DNA of 64,000 nucleotides from Sedimentisphaerales bacterium (GTDB taxonomy: Bacteria > Planctomycetota > Phycisphaerae > Sedimentisphaerales > SM23-30), in NCBI GenBank assembly GCA_963666285.1, contig OY762712.1. One strand, given 5' to 3'. The notes under the pieces are model-generated. The model did not search any database and was not told the origin of the DNA. It was given only the letters and a program-made list of their open reading frames with translations. The stretch's first letter is position 1, and every line of letters begins with the position of its first letter. Below, one piece after another: positions 28,221-36,440 of this stretch. The position numbers were made by a program, and so were the translations under genes.

Positions 28221-30555
28221 TTGCGTTATTTCCCTGCTGCTGTTGAGCCATAGCTTCAGCCTGCATCTGCATATTAACCTCCTGGACCTTCTGTACTAAT
28301 GCCTGCATAAGCACTTCTTTCGGGATTCCCATCTCTTTTGACATCTCGATAAGCTGATGCAGTGGTCCTAACATTTCATGCCGCTGTAAAATCTCATCTG
28401 AATTAGCGATTTTCAGCTTTTCCAGTATCTCTTTTGCCATCAGACCGCCGCCGGAAACAATGTCATTTGCCATTAGAAGCTTTTGAACTTCCCGTTCATC
28501 ATCGTATGGCATGGTAGATGTCGGCTTGATCTGGACATCATAACGAGCCTTTTGCATCGCTTGTGACCATATCAATACCGCTTCTTCCTGATCTTCCAGA
28601 TCATCCGAAACATATTCCAGGTAATCACCGGGCTTATTGAAAGTTGCCATGAACTCGACAATGTTACGGGCTATCTCTGTCAGCCACATATCAAGCGAAA
28701 TACCCTGCATGGCGATTCGTTGACGACTATTGCGGTCCAGAGCCTGTATCTCACCCAGAGTCTGATCACCATCTGAAGCTCTGCCACGGCTGACATCGTG
28801 AACTCCGTTGGTATCCTGCTGCCGGTCGTGCATAGTTGACAGAAAATGCAATACCTCACCCGGTATTGATGGCGGTTCAAACGGCTTAATACCATCCATA
28901 CGCCCTTTTGTAACTGGTATTACAGCTCCCGGCCCTCTTGGTATTATCCCCTGCCCTCTGCTGTTTGTTTTGGCATGTTTTGACAGTGCGCCATCCTCGA
29001 TCATGGTACGTGGGTTACCGTAACCCTCGATATAATTGGCCATGATCCGGGCCATATCATTCTGATAGTCCTGATATTCCCGTACCAGCTCCACGCAGTT
29101 AAGGCCATGCCATGTATGCGGCAATAAATAGCCAGGTGCAACTGCATAAGGCCAGCGTTTCATCTCCCAGGGCTGATCCTGTACTATGACCATACGGTCC
29201 AATCTGGTAATTAGTCTGCCATAAGGATATTTTGGACGCTTCTGGGCTGGTTTAGTCTCTCTCCTGGGCCAATCTCCGCTAAACGGTTCATATCCGCCAC
29301 TTTCGACCGGTTTATTACGGTCATAAAAGGCCGGATCACCTTCATTCTGGAAGATATGCTCTGCACCTGCTTCACCAAACGGTATTTCCTCGGTCTCGGC
29401 TGGTATCTCATCCAAAGCGCCATCCCTTACGAAAAACTCTTCGACAAGGACTGTCTGATCGGTTGCCTTGGCGGTTTCGGCTGCATTTACATCTATCCCC
29501 GGAAAATTACCCAGAAGCAAATCAGCTAATCTCTGCTGTAACTCCCGGTCAGATGCCCTTCTCCTGTCACTCTCACGCCCCCCATAACGGCTGTCAGCGG
29601 CGAAACCGGCATAAACACTACCCGGAACACCAACCGGCTTACCATTCTTGTCTATGAGAACCTCGCTGGCTTCATCATATCTGCCATTTTCAATTAAAAA
29701 TCGCTTATACGCCGGATAGCGGAACAAGGCATACTTGGTATCTACCCACCTTCTCGACCAGACAAATGTTGCATCCTGCTGCATATCAAAGGCATTTGTC
29801 AGGTTTGGGTCCATACCAAAATTACATGGATTCATAATTCTTGTGCGAATCTCATGTTTCCAGCCGTATCCGGTCTGCCTGAACTTATCCTCATCCCATT
29901 GTGCAAAGGGTTCTACGTAGGTTTTGGCAATTTTCACACCCCAGATATGGTCATCAAGCAAAGCCTGGATAATACGCATCCGCATTCGGTTATGTACCAT
30001 ATTGCGGCGTATCGCCGTACCACACCTTTGGGCTGTCTCTGGATCGGTCCCTTCCCACGGTTGGGCCGCTATTGTAGGATTATTTGCAGATAATAAGGCG
30101 ATTTCCTGTATCATATCGCCGAAGATTTGATTTAATACCGGCTGACGGGTCTTTTTATCCTGGGCCTTACGGAAATTCTGATCGCCATAGATATATCGAA
30201 GTGCATCACGGCCCATCTGCCAGAATTGACGGGCCGAACCTTCCCCGGCTGTAATTAGCTGGTCCAGCATCTCATTTAATTTATCATCTTCCCGGTAAGT
30301 ATGCTTCTTAACCGAGGCAAACTTGTCCATACTGGCACGCAACGCTTCACGACCGGCACCGGCAAAGTTCTTTAACGATGATAGAATACGCCCCCTCTGG
30401 CCCATTAGCGACGCTCTCCATGCTGAATGAGCCATATCTGATAGAATGGCAAAGATATATTTATTTGTCGATCCTTTTCGGTCATAGTTGTGTTGGTCAG
30501 TGCTGTATAAGAAAGCATGACGGCTATCGCCCTCCTTGAAAACGATAACCGGCAT
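28186..30555 (-). CDS. portal protein (candidate)
   Basis: 789 aa, the largest head-module ORF, upstream of scaffold and capsid. Assigned by size and synteny. The RBS at the annotated start is poorly spaced. Confidence 0.5.
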   Translation of the reverse strand: MPVIVFKEGDSRHAFLYSTDQHNYDRKGSTNKYIFAILSDMAHSAWRASLMGQRGRILSSLKNFAGAGREALRASMDKFASVKKHTYREDDKLNEMLDQLITAGEGSARQFWQMGRDALRYIYGDQNFRKAQDKKTRQPVLNQIFGDMIQEIALLSANNPTIAAQPWEGTDPETAQRCGTAIRRNMVHNRMRMRIIQALLDDHIWGVKIAKTYVEPFAQWDEDKFRQTGYGWKHEIRTRIMNPCNFGMDPNLTNAFDMQQDATFVWSRRWVDTKYALFRYPAYKRFLIENGRYDEASEVLIDKNGKPVGVPGSVYAGFAADSRYGGRESDRRRASDRELQQRLADLLLGNFPGIDVNAAETAKATDQTVLVEEFFVRDGALDEIPAETEEIPFGEAGAEHIFQNEGDPAFYDRNKPVESGGYEPFSGDWPRRETKPAQKRPKYPYGRLITRLDRMVIVQDQPWEMKRWPYAVAPGYLLPHTWHGLNCVELVREYQDYQNDMARIMANYIEGYGNPRTMIEDGALSKHAKTNSRGQGIIPRGPGAVIPVTKGRMDGIKPFEPPSIPGEVLHFLSTMHDRQQDTNGVHDVSRGRASDGDQTLGEIQALDRNSRQRIAMQGISLDMWLTEIARNIVEFMATFNKPGDYLEYVSDDLEDQEEAVLIWSQAMQKARYDVQIKPTSTMPYDDEREVQKLLMANDIVSGGGLMAKEILEKLKIANSDEILQRHEMLGPLHQLIEMSKEMGIPKEVLMQALVQKVQEVNMQMQAEAMAQQQQGNNANEKQKEPVSAG

Positions 30556-30600
30556 ACCCTCAAGGACATAAAATGAACACCATTGTGTTAAGATTTATGA

Positions 30601-31161
30601 TTACCAGAAGCGAATGCGAAGCTTTGCATCTTCACAATTGCCATCTGTTAGTTTGTATTCCGGGTAGAGCTGTTGTGCGCCCTGCACATCGATTGTTGCC
30701 TCTGCGGTCGCTCCCTCGATGACTGTATCCCCATAGCAGCCATTGACCTCGATCTTACGCTCACAGAACTTCTGCAACACTTTAACCTTATTGCAGGCGT
30801 ACCATTTTGAGCCATCCTGTTCACCCTGGACTGCAGCGCCGAGAGTGAACCTGGCTTCAAATAATGGGACAAACCCGCTGCCGGATGACCTGGAATAGAA
30901 CATCACATCAAAATATTTATCAGTGATATCTGCACCGGCCAGATCGCCCGGAATTTTCCCCATCCCCTGTAAGGTTATTCGATTTGCTCCGTTGTCATTA
31001 CCCATAATTGCAGGGATACCCTCTTGGATATCGCCAGCTTTTAATGCAGCTCCAGGATAGATCGCCCCCTCGATGCCGGGGTTATAGTTCTGTAATTTCG
31101 TGGTCTGTTGGCTTGCTGCGAACAACTCTTTGAAACTTGCTTTAAGTGTATCCTGGTACAA
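30601..31161 (-). CDS. hypothetical phage protein, first gene of the structural operon (start revised)
   Basis: The track ORF runs to 31281. However, a TTG at 31161 sits 6 nt after a perfect AGGAGG (31168-31173, minus strand), and the upstream 40 codons look non-coding. Confidence 0.5.
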   Translation of the reverse strand: MYQDTLKASFKELFAASQQTTKLQNYNPGIEGAIYPGAALKAGDIQEGIPAIMGNDNGANRITLQGMGKIPGDLAGADITDKYFDVMFYSRSSGSGFVPLFEARFTLGAAVQGEQDGSKWYACNKVKVLQKFCERKIEVNGCYGDTVIEGATAEATIDVQGAQQLYPEYKLTDGNCEDAKLRIRFW

Positions 31162-31596
31162 ATTTATCCTCCTATAATGTAATTCACGGTTTTGGGCTTT
31201 TAGCTCTACCCATACTCCAGAGATACAACATGAATTTACCAAAGGCGAACATTTCGGGTCTATCAAAGACCACAATTGCACCTGGAGCCAAAATAATGGA
31301 AAATCCCGCCGCTATGACACCGCCAACACCCCCTGCAAACCCAAAAGTACCTCCCTGCCCGTCGAAATTTCAATATTAACGACGTATGACCACGTTTAAA
31401 AAGCACTTGCTCTCGTGGCAAACCATTACAGAATAACACTTTGAATAAAAATGGGTATAATTCAGGGTTTAAAGTGAGAATAAAGGCAAAATATAACGTA
31501 ACTTCATACTATAAAGCTATTTACACAAATCAATCACAAATATAAGAAAATATGGAGACTAAATTGAACAGAAATGGTCTGACCGCGCATAAAAAT

Positions 31597-31621
31597 AACC
31601 GCCTAAGATTGTTAAGCGGTT
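31597..31621 (-). terminator. stem-loop followed by ATTTTTAT on the minus strand, between the rep gene and the structural operon
   Basis: aaccgc(c)taa / tta(a)gcggtt stem. T-rich run on the minus strand at 31590-31596. Confidence 0.45.
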
Positions 31622-31640
31622 CCAGGACATTATATTCAAA

Positions 31641-31735
31641 AAAAAAGCCGGTATGATCCTGCCCTTATGATGTTATGGTCGGGATTCAGAAGGGAAAAAT
31701 TAAAGACAAAACCACACCAGCCAAAATTGAGTGTC
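31641..31735. repeat. left copy of a 95-nt direct repeat (att-like)
   Basis: aaaaaagccggtaTgatcCtgccc...aaaaccAcaccagccaaaattgagtgtc. Differs from 42694-42788 at 3 positions. Followed by an extra partial duplication, aaaattgagtatt. Confidence 0.9.
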
Positions 31736-31899
31736 AAAATTGAGTATTATTTAATTGTCTGTATAGTTGGAAAATCTCCAAATCACAATGTTAATTGTAA
31801 CATATAGAAATATGAATTTCAATACCCCCCCAGTAAAAAAACTCAACCTGGCTGATGATATAGCACAATCTCAAAATTAGCAAATATTGTCAAAACCAC

Positions 31900-33228
31900 T
31901 TAACTCCCCTGCTCCTCCAGTTCGGCTAATTCTCTTTCCAGACGATTGACACTTGACTGCCATATACGACTCATCGGCCCGCCATCTTTCAGCTTGGCGC
32001 GATAGTCAATTATCAACTCTCGTTTGGTAGCGATCTGATCGACAATTGGAATTTCAGGTTCCGGTTGTTCAAGCCTTGTTTGATTTGGAATATCTGGTTT
32101 CTGGGAAAATCGTTTTTGTTTCATCCAGGCCAGAGATTCTATACACCCGTCAAGACGACTAATTGCAAAAAGTTCTTTATTATCAGCGCATGTCACCACA
32201 TGTTTAACAAGGCCATAACCATATTCTTTTACTCGTTCAGATAGCCACTGAATACCTGCTGCCGGTTTAAGTCCCATACGTTTTGGATTGGCATTGTAAA
32301 ATTGAGTCAACAAGTCTTCTATTTTTTCCTTATCAATATTACGCTCACCGTCAGAAGAACTGGTAGTATTAATACGGGAATTAATGTTAGTGTTAATTTT
32401 TCGGACATCTTGGGATGTCTGATTATTTAACTTCCGGATGTCCGATATATTACCTTCTGGATGTCCGGTTTTTTTACTCTTAGATGTCCGGTTTTTTAAC
32501 CCATCGCTGTAAGTTCTTGATGAAACAGGCCATATATAATAGCCATTAGCGATATTTCCTTTGGAAGTTCTGCGTTTAGCAACTTCAACTAAGCTTACAT
32601 TTTCTAGCAATTTTAATGATTTAATAATTGTCGGCTTGGATATCATGCAGTCTTTTTCAATAGTAGAGATTTGCGGAAACGCAAAGCCGTCTTCAAAGTC
32701 AGCTCTATATAGAAGACCACAATAAATTTTCCATGCTGCGTGGTTCCGACCAAGAGATTGGAAGAAACCACTATCAAATAATTCACGACTAAGTCTCACA
32801 TGACCAGGTGTAGATGTCTGGTCAGCAATTGTAATTTCGATAGGTTTATTTGAAAGAACCTGCCCAGCGTATATAGGATCTGTTTCTGGCGGGTTGGTTT
32901 CAGGAATACTCAGATGATATATACTTGGTTGTTTACCTGATCTTGTTATTTGTTTTTGGCATATCAACAGGCGGTTGAGTTCAAGCTCTCGTATCAGTTC
33001 AGGAATACCTTGTCTTCGGATTCCACAATCTTTTGAAAGTTCAGAATGACTAATTTTGCATCGAAAGGTTTGGAAGTCTGCTGCATATAATAATCGGCAA
33101 TATATCCGCCAAGCTGAAGGCCGAACAAGTGCAAAAAAACCTTCATGAAAATGGCTAAGCCATAGTTTAAGATACCCTGGATTGGCTGGTCCCTGCCCAC
33201 TAAAATTGTAAACGTGCTTTTCGGTCAT
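31900..33228 (-). CDS. replication-initiator-like protein with two HTH_36-type winged-helix domains
   Basis: Internal duplication: WRIYCRLLYAADFQTFRCKISHSELSKDCGIRRQGIPELIRELELNRLL and WKIYCGLLYRADFEDGFAFPQISTIEKDCMISKPTIIKSLKLLENVSLV. Overlaps the upstream gene by 4 nt. Confidence 0.6.
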   Translation of the reverse strand: MTEKHVYNFSGQGPANPGYLKLWLSHFHEGFFALVRPSAWRIYCRLLYAADFQTFRCKISHSELSKDCGIRRQGIPELIRELELNRLLICQKQITRSGKQPSIYHLSIPETNPPETDPIYAGQVLSNKPIEITIADQTSTPGHVRLSRELFDSGFFQSLGRNHAAWKIYCGLLYRADFEDGFAFPQISTIEKDCMISKPTIIKSLKLLENVSLVEVAKRRTSKGNIANGYYIWPVSSRTYSDGLKNRTSKSKKTGHPEGNISDIRKLNNQTSQDVRKINTNINSRINTTSSSDGERNIDKEKIEDLLTQFYNANPKRMGLKPAAGIQWLSERVKEYGYGLVKHVVTCADNKELFAISRLDGCIESLAWMKQKRFSQKPDIPNQTRLEQPEPEIPIVDQIATKRELIIDYRAKLKDGGPMSRIWQSSVNRLERELAELEEQGS

Positions 33229-34172
33229 TTTCCATCCATGTGACTGACATTCGGATCAGCTTCCTTGCTATCCGATTTATCTATTTTAACTTGATTTATT
33301 TCTTCATGCAAGAGAAGATTTTCAGCTTCCCTTGCATTAATTTGCTGCGTTAGGTCTTCAATCTTACTTTCAAGTTGTGATTTTTCTAAGTCAATTTTGG
33401 ATAACTCAGTTTGCAATTGCTTTTTCTCTGCCTCAGTTGCCCTTTCTAATAGTTTGATCTTTTCCTCTCCATTTTTTGCTATTTGTTCTTTTTCCAATTT
33501 GAGACGTGATATTTCTTCAATATTATCTGTAATTGATTTTTCTGCCTGGTTTGCTCTTAATTGTTCTGTATTTGCTCTACCTGTCTCTATAATTTTACTA
33601 CTGTAAAGAAACCAAGATATTCCTATAGATACCGATATGATAAATAAAATTGAAGCTATATAGTAGTAGTTAAGTTTGCGACATTGTTTTTCTAGCTCTT
33701 GACATTCTTGTTCATATTGCCTAATTTCTTTTGTTTTGCTAGTTGCTAAAGCAGTTGTTTTCGCTAATGTTTCATTATCTACTTTAATGCTGTTTATAGT
33801 TCTTTGCAGCAATTCATTAACATCTTTCATATTAAGTGCTGGTTCAGTATTAGATGGTGGCTTATGAGCGTCACCGCCCTGCCCTTTCTCATAAGTGTCT
33901 TCAATATCGGTGTTTATACTGTGAGCGTTATCTTGAGCGTTATAAGAAACTGGATTTGGATTAGGTAAATCATTATCTGCTGCCACTATTCTTTTTTCTA
34001 ATAAAAACTCTCTGAGTTGTTCAATATCAAAGTATGTTATTTTTCCAACCTTAAAGCTCTCTGGGTCTCCCATACGTCTCCAGCGTCTTAAAGTGGCTTC
34101 GCTCACACCTAATATTGCACACCCTTCTTTTATGGTCTTGAATCGCTCTCTATCGATACTCATGTCGCTCAT
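33225..34172 (-). CDS. membrane-tethered MerR/excisionase-type HTH protein with a C-terminal coiled coil
   Basis: N-terminal KEGCAILGVSEATLRRWRRMG HTH. TM helix YYYIASILFIISVSIGISWFLY. About 125 aa of heptad-like charged sequence after the TM. Confidence 0.65.
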   Translation of the reverse strand: MSDMSIDRERFKTIKEGCAILGVSEATLRRWRRMGDPESFKVGKITYFDIEQLREFLLEKRIVAADNDLPNPNPVSYNAQDNAHSINTDIEDTYEKGQGGDAHKPPSNTEPALNMKDVNELLQRTINSIKVDNETLAKTTALATSKTKEIRQYEQECQELEKQCRKLNYYYIASILFIISVSIGISWFLYSSKIIETGRANTEQLRANQAEKSITDNIEEISRLKLEKEQIAKNGEEKIKLLERATEAEKKQLQTELSKIDLEKSQLESKIEDLTQQINAREAENLLLHEEINQVKIDKSDSKEADPNVSHMDGK

Positions 34173-34217
34173 CGTAAAGCCTTTCTATATAATATATTGC
34201 TATAACATTATCGACAA

Positions 34218-34400
34218 GTTACGCTTATTTTGATTATATATTACGCTTATTTTCGCTTATAATGCAATAAGAAATTTGAGCGATATTAAGCGTTATTGTC
34301 GCTCGTGTAAGCGTTATTAAGCGATATGATCGATTATAAGCGATACTTGAGCGAAATTGAGTGATTATGAGCGAAATTGATTAAAGATTATCGCTTATGA
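34218..34400. repeat. iteron/operator array with a TAAGCG (CGCTTA) core
   Basis: (G/A)TTACGCTTATTTT x2 (34218, 34240). TAAGCGTTATT x2 (34287, 34308). TAAGCGATA x2 (34318, 34337). TGAGCGAAATTGA x2 (34348, 34368). Further TGAGCGAT and CGCTTAT copies. Confidence 0.8.
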
Positions 34401-34468
34401 TCGCCGATAGTCAAGGTGAGGGTTGAAAACTTACTGTATCCTGGAAATGGTTTCCAGGCGCATAAAAA

Positions 34469-34491
34469 AACCGGCTCTGGTACAGCCGGTT
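34469..34491 (-). terminator. intrinsic terminator (minus strand)
   Basis: aaccggct-ctggtac-agccggtt stem preceded on the plus strand by a 7-A run (a T-run on the minus strand). A second perfect 8-bp hairpin lies at 34440-34458. Confidence 0.55.
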
Positions 34492-34529
34492 AGATATCAA
34501 CAGCCCAAGATGGGCAGTAAGGTTTCAAT

Positions 34530-34655
34530 ATGAATACTTTGGTAACTATTATCGGTCACGGAGTAATAATAACTTTAGGAGTTCTGATAATTGGCGGTGT
34601 GATGTTTATGCCAATGTTGACCGAACATCCGGCGTGTCGGCCTGATGAGAAGTAG
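34530..34655 (+). CDS. 41-aa hydrophobic peptide (candidate)
   Basis: MNTLVTIIGHGVIITLGVLIIGGVMFMPMLTEHPACRPDEK. AAGG lies 8 nt upstream, and a strong terminator lies 30 nt downstream. Confidence 0.3.
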   Translation: MNTLVTIIGHGVIITLGVLIIGGVMFMPMLTEHPACRPDEK

Positions 34656-34683
34656 GGCGGTAAGGTACAACGGATTGAATTTT

Positions 34684-34711
34684 AGCAGCCACGGAAGGCT
34701 GCTTTTTTTTT
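34684..34711 (+). terminator. intrinsic terminator (plus strand)
   Basis: agcagcc-acggaa-ggctgct stem followed by nine T. Confidence 0.7.
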
Positions 34712-35216
34712 GAGTTTTTGGATTTTCAGGATAAATTATTATATAATTCTGAGTTATTATTTCCATATTGCTCAATTATTATTAACAAATAATTGGCAAT
34801 ATTTTGAATTTCTATTCTATATTTTGGTCTCTGTTTCATATTACTGATTTCCGCTAAAATATCTATTTTGCCAAATTTTAGGCAGGGCAGGGTCTTATAA
34901 TTATTCATTGATAATTGAGTTTGTATGTTAATTTTAAGTTTTTCGGTATGTAAAATTAATTTTGGTTTTTTGATTTTGGCTAGTTATAATTTACAACCTT
35001 TACACAGGATGAAGCAAATATTGAGGTTTAGCTGACAGAAAGGATTGGTTTAATGTCAGAAAATAAGAGTGAGGAGAAAAGCCAAAATCAACCACACCTT
35101 AACGACGATTATATCAAGGCAAAGGAATATTATACGGCATTAGGAGAATCGTTTTCACAAGAAGAAATGATAAATGTCGTGGCATTTATAAAAGCGATCC
35201 GGTTGAGAGATTCAGA

Positions 35217-36194
35217 TTAGAAAAGTTTTCCAGATAGGGCGAAAGCAAAAAGTTCGATCATTTCCTGCTCATCATCAGCTATGACTTCAAAGGTATAATT
35301 ATCTTTTGAGTATGTCTTTTTAATATATTTTGCTATTTCGTTATCTTTTGAGTCCATCAGCATGAGTAAAGCTGATGCTAAAAATGTACCTTTGCTGATG
35401 ACAATATTTTCATTTTTCAGCTTCTTGAAAGCTATTTTACCAGTCTCGCAAACCCATTTCAGGTTAATGTAGTTAGGGATTATGGCATGGATGTTTTTAG
35501 TTTCATCATCGTGATTTAATACTTTTTCAATATATTCCCAGATCAGTTTTTCTTTTGAATCCATGAATATGGATAGGGCGGTAGAAGCCAAAGTGCCTTT
35601 GGAGAGGTCAAAATGAACTATATTTACATTGCACCACTGGTCCCACCGGTCGGCAACTCTTTTTGGTATTCTGGCCGCAATTTCGCTGGTTTTAATTTTA
35701 TCACATAGAGTTTTTTCTATATACTTTGACACGATATCATCTTTGGTACTCATTAGCATGGCAAAAGCCGCCGCCATGAAATTCCCTTTATTGATGTCGT
35801 CGTTTTTATCGTACTGTTCACACCAGGCCAACCATTGGTCAGCTATTTTCTTTGGTATTTTGGTAGAAACCTGCTTAGATGTTCCATTTTTTACCGAAGT
35901 TTTTTTAAGGAAATGGTCAATATTTTTTTTGGCAGATTCCATAAAAAAAAGAAATGCTGCTGAAGCAAAATTACCCTTACTTAGACTTGTATCCAGAGCA
36001 AGTAAACTATGGTTTTTATACCAAATATTCCATTGTCCGGCTATTTCTGCCGGTATTCTGGCTGATATTTGTTCGGACTCAATAGCGGGCTGATGTAAGT
36101 TCTGCATGTGTGTTATTCTATCAGTGACATCAAAAAAAAACCAGATTTTTCTATTGAAATTAACAATAAAAGTTGTTATCTTTTCGCCATTCAT
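35217..36194 (-). CDS. single-chain protein with four tandem ribbon-helix-helix-like repeats (repressor candidate)
   Basis: Four ~65-aa repeats, each with a beta-strand (ISARIP / VSTKIP / IAARIP / IHAIIP), a helix (..QW..W..), an SKG(N/T)F turn and a second helix. Divergent from the plus-strand early genes. Confidence 0.65.
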   Translation of the reverse strand: MNGEKITTFIVNFNRKIWFFFDVTDRITHMQNLHQPAIESEQISARIPAEIAGQWNIWYKNHSLLALDTSLSKGNFASAAFLFFMESAKKNIDHFLKKTSVKNGTSKQVSTKIPKKIADQWLAWCEQYDKNDDINKGNFMAAAFAMLMSTKDDIVSKYIEKTLCDKIKTSEIAARIPKRVADRWDQWCNVNIVHFDLSKGTLASTALSIFMDSKEKLIWEYIEKVLNHDDETKNIHAIIPNYINLKWVCETGKIAFKKLKNENIVISKGTFLASALLMLMDSKDNEIAKYIKKTYSKDNYTFEVIADDEQEMIELFAFALSGKLF

Positions 36195-36271
36195 GTTACT
36201 CTTTTATGTAACATTTTATTTTGCATGATGATACAACAGCTTTGAAATTCCGACATTGCAGAGGATAAAAA

Positions 36272-36424
36272 ATGACTAAATTTTTTGAAGGTGGTGCATT
36301 TCTTTGGACCATCATAGTATTGTTTTTTCTTGGGGCAATAGCTTACTTACTCTCAGGTAAACCGTTAAAGGCATTGTATATGACCGGGGCTGGTCTTGTC
36401 AATATTGCTGTAGTTCTGCAATAG
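36272..36424 (+). CDS. 50-aa two-TM small membrane protein (candidate)
   Basis: MTKFFEGGAFLWTIIVLFFLGAIAYLLSGKPLKALYMTGAGLVNIAVVLQ. GAGGA lies 6 nt upstream. Below the track size cutoff. Confidence 0.35.
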   Translation: MTKFFEGGAFLWTIIVLFFLGAIAYLLSGKPLKALYMTGAGLVNIAVVLQ

Positions 36425-36440
36425 TATATGGGAGAGGTAT

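Larger units (their letters stand above)
1..31161 (-). mobile_element. tailed-phage (prophage) morphogenesis and packaging module, left end beyond the window
   Basis: Co-oriented, overlapping or coupled genes with a TerL Walker-type motif, terS-like HTH, scaffold-then-capsid pair, tail-fiber repeats and a beta-helix tailspike. Strong AGGAGG-type RBSs. Confidence 0.8.

Noticed and set aside
30601-31281. Full 226-aa version of the first structural-operon ORF
   Set aside because: The N-terminal 40 codons have no RBS. A perfect AGGAGG plus a TTG start at 31161 gives a better model.
31641-31735. The direct repeat as a tRNA or tmRNA 3-prime fragment (the usual att target)
   Set aside because: I could not fold either strand into an acceptor/T-arm, and there is no GGTTCGAATCC-like T-loop or CCA end. 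A tRNA scan should still be run.
34218-34400. The repeat array as a CRISPR locus
   Set aside because: The units are 9-14 nt, are of several types, occur in both orientations and lack regular spacers. This is iteron/operator-like, not CRISPR.
35629-36093. 154-aa plus-strand ORF
   Set aside because: It is antisense to the 4x RHH gene, whose internal repeat periodicity supports the minus frame.
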